Shown here: positions 54,900 to 59,836 of the stretch, one piece after another
Position numbering within the stretch: position 1 is the stretch's first letter
How the letters are laid out: each line of letters opens with the position of its first letter
IMG/VR virus record: IMGVR_UViG_3300026184_000061
Coordinates: 1-59,836 of that record
DNA from: a virus
Taxonomy: Duplodnaviria > Caudoviricetes
DNA: 59,836 nucleotides
Strand: one strand, 5' to 3'
Notes under the pieces: generated by a model
Seen by the model: only the letters and a program-made list of their open reading frames with translations
Database searches by the model: none
What the model was told of the DNA's origin: nothing
Program-made: the position numbers and the translations under genes

Positions 54900-55290
54900 T
54901 TTAACTCACGTTGGCCCTGGTGGGGTGCGAGATAGATCGGAGCTATTTCGCGGATGGGTGAAAAAGGTCGGATAACTCAGGTTCGAAGGCCTATAACACA
55001 CGTTTAACTCACGTTTTTTGGCATTAGGAAATTCTGCACTTAGATCGAGTATTCTCTGGGATAATTAAAATTTTAACTCGCTTTACTCACTTTACTCACG
55101 TTCGACGCGAACGCATTTATATATCCCCAGCCAGGGCCCTCCCCATCGAAGTTCTAATTTCTTTCCTAAAGTGAGTAAAGTGAGTTAAAAAATAGATATT
55201 CCCTATAAATACTCGAATAAACCTCCGAATTTCCGTTTGGCTCGAACGTGAGTTTTAACTCACGTTGTACCCGAGTAACGTGAGTTATTT
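54900..55290. repeat. Iteron-like (T)AACTCACGTT array with inverted repeats: candidate replication origin or pac site
   Basis: About a dozen direct and inverted copies (54901, 54973, 54994, 55005, 55074-55102, 55168-55187, 55245, 55257, 55277) in an AT-rich non-coding gap. Confidence 0.75.
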
Positions 55291-55473
55291 CGCTGTCGTC
55301 CTCCCCCACCCATTCGAGCGTCGACTCACCCAAGCACGATCTATGCTACCCGAACGAAGTTACTCCGATATTGCGTCCCCAGGGCCTTGTGCCCCGCACC
55401 CGCGTATTGTCCCCGCCTACTGGTTTTAGGTAGTATATTCACCATCGTTGGTCAATCAGTAGCAGGGGGCTCC

Positions 55474-55782
55474 GTGCCGCGTAGCCGAGAAACATCTTCC
55501 AGAGGTCGGAAGACATCGTCAAAGACGAAGTCCGAGAAGACTGATCTGATCGAACCGAAAAAGTCGAAGAAGCAGGACGTTTCCAAGATGCTGCCTCACG
55601 AACTTCTTCTTGCGATCTCACGAGGCCAAGTCATCAACGGTCATCGCCCGACATTCCAAGAACGATTGCACGCCGCCAAGGCCGCTGCTCCGTTCTATGC
55701 TCCGAAGCTTCAGAGTACGACGATGAAAGGGAGCGAAGACGAGCCAGTCGTTACGCACGCCAAGGTGAGCTTCGTAGAATGA
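55474..55782 (+). CDS. terS: Terminase small subunit
   Basis: RLHAAKAAAPFYAPKLQS motif; overlaps the TerL start; AGGGGG before GTG 55474. Confidence 0.75.
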   Translation: MPRSRETSSRGRKTSSKTKSEKTDLIEPKKSKKQDVSKMLPHELLLAISRGQVINGHRPTFQERLHAAKAAAPFYAPKLQSTTMKGSEDEPVVTHAKVSFVE

Positions 55783-57032
55783 GCGTGCCACTCGGAACTC
55801 TTTCGGAACGAATCGTAGATGTTGAGATTCCGAAGAAGCTCAAGTTTCTATTTGAACCGCATCGCTACAAGGTCGCTCATGGAGGACGCGGAGGAACGAA
55901 GTCGTGGAACTTCGCTCGCGCGCTCCTAGTTATCGGAGTGACTCGCCCTATCCGCGTACTCTGCACTCGCGAACTTCAGACTTCAATTCAAGAATCCGTA
56001 CACAAGGTTCTGTCATCTCAGATAGAATTACTTGGCTTTGATTCATTCTACAAAATTCAGAAGACAACGATCGAAGGAATCAACGGTACAGAATTCATCT
56101 TCGCGGGCGTTCGCAACAATGTCACGAAGATCAAATCCATGGAAGGGATTGATATTTGCTGGGTAGAGGAAGCCGAGAAAGTCTCGGACGATTCATGGAA
56201 AGTTCTCATTCCTACGATCCGAGAAGCTGGTTCTGAAATCTGGGTTAGCTTCAATCCCCATGAGGCGACAGATCCTACTTATAAACGTTTCGTGCTGCAT
56301 CCTCCGCCGGATGCGAAGGTCGTAGAAATTGGCTGGCAAGATAATCCTTGGTTCCCTGAAGAATTAGAAAAAGAACGTCAGTACTCGTTGAGTCTGATTG
56401 AAGAAGCGAAGGACGAGCACGAACGACAGCAAGCTCAGATGGATTATGATCACATCTGGGAGGGCAAGGTCCGCACCAATACGAAGGCGGGTGTCATCAA
56501 ACGCTGGAGAATTGAAGCGTTTGAAACTCCAGCTAAAGCTCGCTTCTATCACGGTGCGGATTGGGGCTTCGCTAACGATCCGACAGTCCTCATTCGGTGT
56601 TTCGTAGAAGATGATATTCTATACATTGATCAGGAAGCATTTGGCTATGGTGTAGAAATCGACGAGATTCCGCAGCTCTTTGATACGATAGAGACCGCTC
56701 GGAAATGGCCGATCAAAGCGGATAACGCTCGCCCCGAAACGATTTCGTATCTGAAACGTCAGGGCTTTAGCATTTCGCCCGCCGATAAATGGAAAGGCAA
56801 CGTTGAAGATGGCGTCGCGCATATCAACGGATTCAAGCGTATCGTCATTCATCCGAGATGCAGACACATCGCCGAAGAAGCGCGGCTGTATTCCTATAAG
56901 ATAGACAAAGTCACTGAGGAAATCCTTCCCATCATCGTAGACGCATACAATCACGGATGGGATTCCGTGCGCTACGCTCTGGATAAATACATTAAACGAC
57001 GCGGCGGAACGGGCGTCTGGGCTAAACTTTAG
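55779..57032 (+). CDS. terL: Terminase large subunit (PBSX/XtmB-like)
   Basis: HGGRGGTKS, WVEEAE, SFNP, GADWGFANDP and NHGWDSVRYAL. Confidence 0.95.
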   Translation: MSVPLGTLSERIVDVEIPKKLKFLFEPHRYKVAHGGRGGTKSWNFARALLVIGVTRPIRVLCTRELQTSIQESVHKVLSSQIELLGFDSFYKIQKTTIEGINGTEFIFAGVRNNVTKIKSMEGIDICWVEEAEKVSDDSWKVLIPTIREAGSEIWVSFNPHEATDPTYKRFVLHPPPDAKVVEIGWQDNPWFPEELEKERQYSLSLIEEAKDEHERQQAQMDYDHIWEGKVRTNTKAGVIKRWRIEAFETPAKARFYHGADWGFANDPTVLIRCFVEDDILYIDQEAFGYGVEIDEIPQLFDTIETARKWPIKADNARPETISYLKRQGFSISPADKWKGNVEDGVAHINGFKRIVIHPRCRHIAEEARLYSYKIDKVTEEILPIIVDAYNHGWDSVRYALDKYIKRRGGTGVWAKL

Positions 57033-57045
57033 TCGGAGTAATTTC

Positions 57046-58653
57046 ATGGCAACGAAGAAGCGACAGCAGAAGACTCGGCGAGTCAGCGTTCGTAGCGCGG
57101 CGCAGAAAGCAGCCCGAGAAGAGAAAAAGGTCCGAGACGCTCAGCAAGGGGGAAAGTCGTCCGTGGCGGCTCCGACTGCAGATTCCTTCGTGAACTTCGG
57201 GATGAATCTCGGCATTGGCTCCGACAACCCTATGACGGGGAGCTCGTATGGATTCAATCCAATCACGAGGAATCGCACGCTCCTTGAGTGGATTCACCGA
57301 GGTTCGTGGGTTGGCGGCATGGCGGTCGACGTGGTTGCGGATGACATGACTCGCGCCGGAATCACCTTGAAGGGAGAACTGGCTCCTGAGGATTCTGATG
57401 CAATCCACGAAGAAGCGACGCGACTGGGGATCTGGAATCAGATCAACGATTCGATCAAATGGGCTAGGCTGTATGGCGGTTCCATCGCAGTGATGCTCAT
57501 CGACGGTCAGGACCTGGAAACGCCGCTTCGTCTTGAAACGGTTCGCAAGAATCAGTTCGGCGGGCTGCTCGTCTTGGATCGTTGGATGGTTGAGCCGAGT
57601 CTTGAGAATCTCGTTACCGACTACGGCCCTGAGCTCGGCTTGCCGAAGTTCTATCGCGTCAATGAGTTCGGCCCGGCGCTTCGCAACATGAAGATTCACC
57701 ATTCCAGATGTCTCCGATTGGAGGGACTGCGACTGCCGTACTGGCAGCGACTCATGGAGAATCTCTGGGGTCTTTCTGTGTTGGAGCGTCTCTACGATCG
57801 GATGGTGGCGTTTGATTCAGCGACGACCGGAGCAGCGCAACTCGTGTACAAGTCATATCTCCGCACGCTGAAGGTGGAGGGTCTTCGAGAACTCGTAGCG
57901 GCAGGCGGAGATGCACTGAACGGGTTGACAGCCTACGTAGATATGATGCGCCGATTCCAAGGAATCGAAGGTATCACGCTTCTTGATAAAGAAGATGAAA
58001 TGACAGCTGAAGCACACGGCGCTTTCGGTGGATTGTCCGACGCGCTCGCAGAGTTTGGTCAGCAGCTTTCTGGCGCTCTTCAGATTCCGTTGGTTCGCAT
58101 GTTCGGTCAATCACCTGCTGGATTCAGTACTGGCGACACCGATCTGAGAAACTACTACGATACGATCAAACAGCAGCAGGAAAAAGAACTACGAGTCGAC
58201 GTAACTCGGATCTATCGCTGCATCGCGGCTGGGTTGGACATCGATCTTCCAGAAGGATTTACGATTGAGTTCAATTCGCTATGGCAGCTTGCGGACGATG
58301 AAAAGGCGAACATCGCGAACACTGTTACTCAAGCAGTCAGTCAGGTTGAAGAATCCGGACTGATTGACTCGGCCACGGCGCTCAAGGAACTGAAGCAGTC
58401 GTCGCAGATAACCGGCATCTTCTCCAATATCACGGAAGACATGATCAAGGATGCCGAGCAGGCAGGGCCGCCTCTGCCGGAGAGTCTTGGCGGCGAAGGA
58501 AATAATCCTTTAGATCTGAACCCGCCGACCAGTCCGCACGAAGAGCCGACAGCCGCTGAAGGCGTGGAGTCTGATCAAAAAGGAAATGCGCCCGATGCAG
58601 GCAGTCCTCCCGCTGCGATACGAGACAAGTCTCGGGACGATGTTCAGGAGTAA
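57046..58653 (+). CDS. Portal protein (DUF1073 family)
   Basis: VDVVADDMTR, WARLYGG, IHHSR and IPLVRMFGQSPAG...DLRNYYD. Confidence 0.9.
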   Translation: MATKKRQQKTRRVSVRSAAQKAAREEKKVRDAQQGGKSSVAAPTADSFVNFGMNLGIGSDNPMTGSSYGFNPITRNRTLLEWIHRGSWVGGMAVDVVADDMTRAGITLKGELAPEDSDAIHEEATRLGIWNQINDSIKWARLYGGSIAVMLIDGQDLETPLRLETVRKNQFGGLLVLDRWMVEPSLENLVTDYGPELGLPKFYRVNEFGPALRNMKIHHSRCLRLEGLRLPYWQRLMENLWGLSVLERLYDRMVAFDSATTGAAQLVYKSYLRTLKVEGLRELVAAGGDALNGLTAYVDMMRRFQGIEGITLLDKEDEMTAEAHGAFGGLSDALAEFGQQLSGALQIPLVRMFGQSPAGFSTGDTDLRNYYDTIKQQQEKELRVDVTRIYRCIAAGLDIDLPEGFTIEFNSLWQLADDEKANIANTVTQAVSQVEESGLIDSATALKELKQSSQITGIFSNITEDMIKDAEQAGPPLPESLGGEGNNPLDLNPPTSPHEEPTAAEGVESDQKGNAPDAGSPPAAIRDKSRDDVQE

Positions 58654-58800
58654 TTCGTGCACGATCTTTCCTCGACTTATATCAACGCACTCCGTGCGGA
58701 GCTCTGGGGTTCGGCGTGGGTTTTGCCGTCGCGACTTCCTTCGTAGAGCAGCGATAACCGGAGCCGACACAAATGAAGAAATTCTCTGGGAAAATCTCCG

Positions 58801-59589
58801 ATGTCTGACGTCATTCTGAAAACTTCGGTCCGCGATGTCAGCGCCAAAACCCTCCGCCGCAAGGCGAAGGAACGGTTTGCAATCGCCAAGAAATATGAGC
58901 GACAATATCTACGTTCATTAAGGCAAGTCACGCGGCAGGTAGACCACTTGGTCAAGGGTATGATTCCGGAGACAGGATTCGGACAGTCGCACGAGCTTCA
59001 ACGTGCGCTGCATCAATATTCTCAGGTCATCACGCCGTGGGCTCGTGCTGTCGCAGGACGGATGCTTTGGGACATCGCTCGGAAGGACGAAGCAGCTTGG
59101 ATCCGACTTGGCGATGAAATCGGCAGAGGACTACGCGAGGAACTTCAGGATGCTCCGGTAGGAGTATTCCTAAACAAGATGCTTGAGGAACAGGTTCATT
59201 TGATTACGAGCCTACCAACGAACGCTGCGAAGCGTGTGCATCTCCTGACTGCTGAAGCATTAACGTCGGGACGTCGCGCTGCCGATATCACAAACGAAAT
59301 TCTTCAGACCGGTGATGTAACCGAATCACGCGCTAAGCTCATCGCCCGCACCGAAGTCGCCCGCACCGCATCCGGGTTGACTATGGCGCGGGCGACGCAT
59401 ATTGGCAGCACGCATTATATATGGCGCACGTCGCGCGATTCAACGGTACGTGAATCGCACAAGAACATGGAAGGCAAGGTCTGCGCCTGGGACGATCCTC
59501 CTGAGGTAGAACCCGGCAAGCACTATCACGCTGGGATGTTTCCGAATTGTCGCTGCTTCCCCGAGCCGATTGTTGGGGAGTACGACTAA
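58801..59589 (+). CDS. Minor head morphogenesis protein (SPP1 gp7 / Mu F family)
   Basis: RAKLIARTE, YIWRTSRDSTVRESH and HAGMFPNCRC. Confidence 0.92.
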   Translation: MSDVILKTSVRDVSAKTLRRKAKERFAIAKKYERQYLRSLRQVTRQVDHLVKGMIPETGFGQSHELQRALHQYSQVITPWARAVAGRMLWDIARKDEAAWIRLGDEIGRGLREELQDAPVGVFLNKMLEEQVHLITSLPTNAAKRVHLLTAEALTSGRRAADITNEILQTGDVTESRAKLIARTEVARTASGLTMARATHIGSTHYIWRTSRDSTVRESHKNMEGKVCAWDDPPEVEPGKHYHAGMFPNCRCFPEPIVGEYD

Positions 59590-59798
59590 TGGACGATCTG
59601 TACTTTGAAGTGGATGACTGCGTTGTTCTGAATGCGCCGATGGGACGTCTTCGCACACCGGAGTATATGGAAGATTTGAAGAACGGACATACAGGTGTTG
59701 TACTGAGCGCTCACAATGGTATGATCCATGTCTATTGGACGGATCACCTGGAAAGTACGGTCCCTGCGACTTGGCTCAAAGCCGTGGAGAAAAATTGA
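59589..59798 (+). CDS. Small SH3-like hypothetical protein
   Basis: TAATG coupling; FEVDDCVVL...GVVL...HVYW. Confidence 0.6.
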   Translation: MDDLYFEVDDCVVLNAPMGRLRTPEYMEDLKNGHTGVVLSAHNGMIHVYWTDHLESTVPATWLKAVEKN

Positions 59799-59836
59799 TG
59801 CAAGCGGCCGGAATCCTTTTCAAGTGTGGCCCCCGC
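59710..59836. repeat. Terminal direct repeat, copy 2
   Basis: Identical to 1-127. Confidence 0.95.

Noticed and set aside
54900-55290. CRISPR array
   Set aside because: Repeats are about 10 nt, irregularly spaced and in both orientations. The only Cas-like gene is a common phage Cas4-like exonuclease
57046-58653. Anti-CBASS Acb1 domain on the DUF1073 portal
   Set aside because: No paired HxT/S phosphoesterase motifs are visible; the C-terminus is an acidic low-complexity tail
58654-58800. Gene or RNA between the portal and minor head genes
   Set aside because: Only short ambiguous ORFs and weak hairpins; not enough support to call
59710-59836. 127-bp terminal repeat as a biological DTR
   Set aside because: The length equals a common assembler k-mer, it cuts through coding sequence, and the PBSX-type terminase suggests headful packaging
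1-59836. tRNA genes, integrase/lysogeny module, alternative genetic code, introns or inteins
   Set aside because: None recognised by eye. Genes tile densely in the standard code and the core enzymes are of normal length. A tRNAscan/Infernal run is needed to be sure

Overview
This window is an apparently complete ~59.7 kb tailed-phage genome. Bases 1-127 are repeated at 59710-59836, which looks like an assembly circularisation overlap. It is a contractile-tailed (myovirus-type) phage of a Gram-negative host, and I saw no integrase, repressor, tRNA or CRISPR array. The + strand (55474 across the junction to 23761) carries terminases, portal, head, DUF3383/DUF3277 tail, baseplate, fibre and lysis genes. 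The - strand (54568 down to 24233) carries primase-helicase, many small early genes, PolA, SNF2 helicase and a nucleotide-modification block. The main candidate for a new system is a thymidine hypermodification pathway. It combines dCTP deaminase, a dUMP hydroxymethylase (hmdU), a T4 beta-glucosyltransferase homolog, a PAPS-dependent sulfotransferase, a 5-hmdU DNA kinase-family protein and, 20 kb away, an APS kinase (cysC) able to make PAPS. Together these suggest glycosylated (base J-like) and sulfated DNA. Other signals are two ~280-bp intergenic islands stripped of TC/GA dinucleotides, a type III hammerhead ribozyme ending a long structured early leader, an iteron-like array between primase and terminase, a shared HIHIH motif and Asp-ended linkers in head-region proteins, a +1-frameshifted Nudix gene, and a large domain insertion in a baseplate wedge protein. 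All family assignments come from motif recognition by eye; no searches were run.
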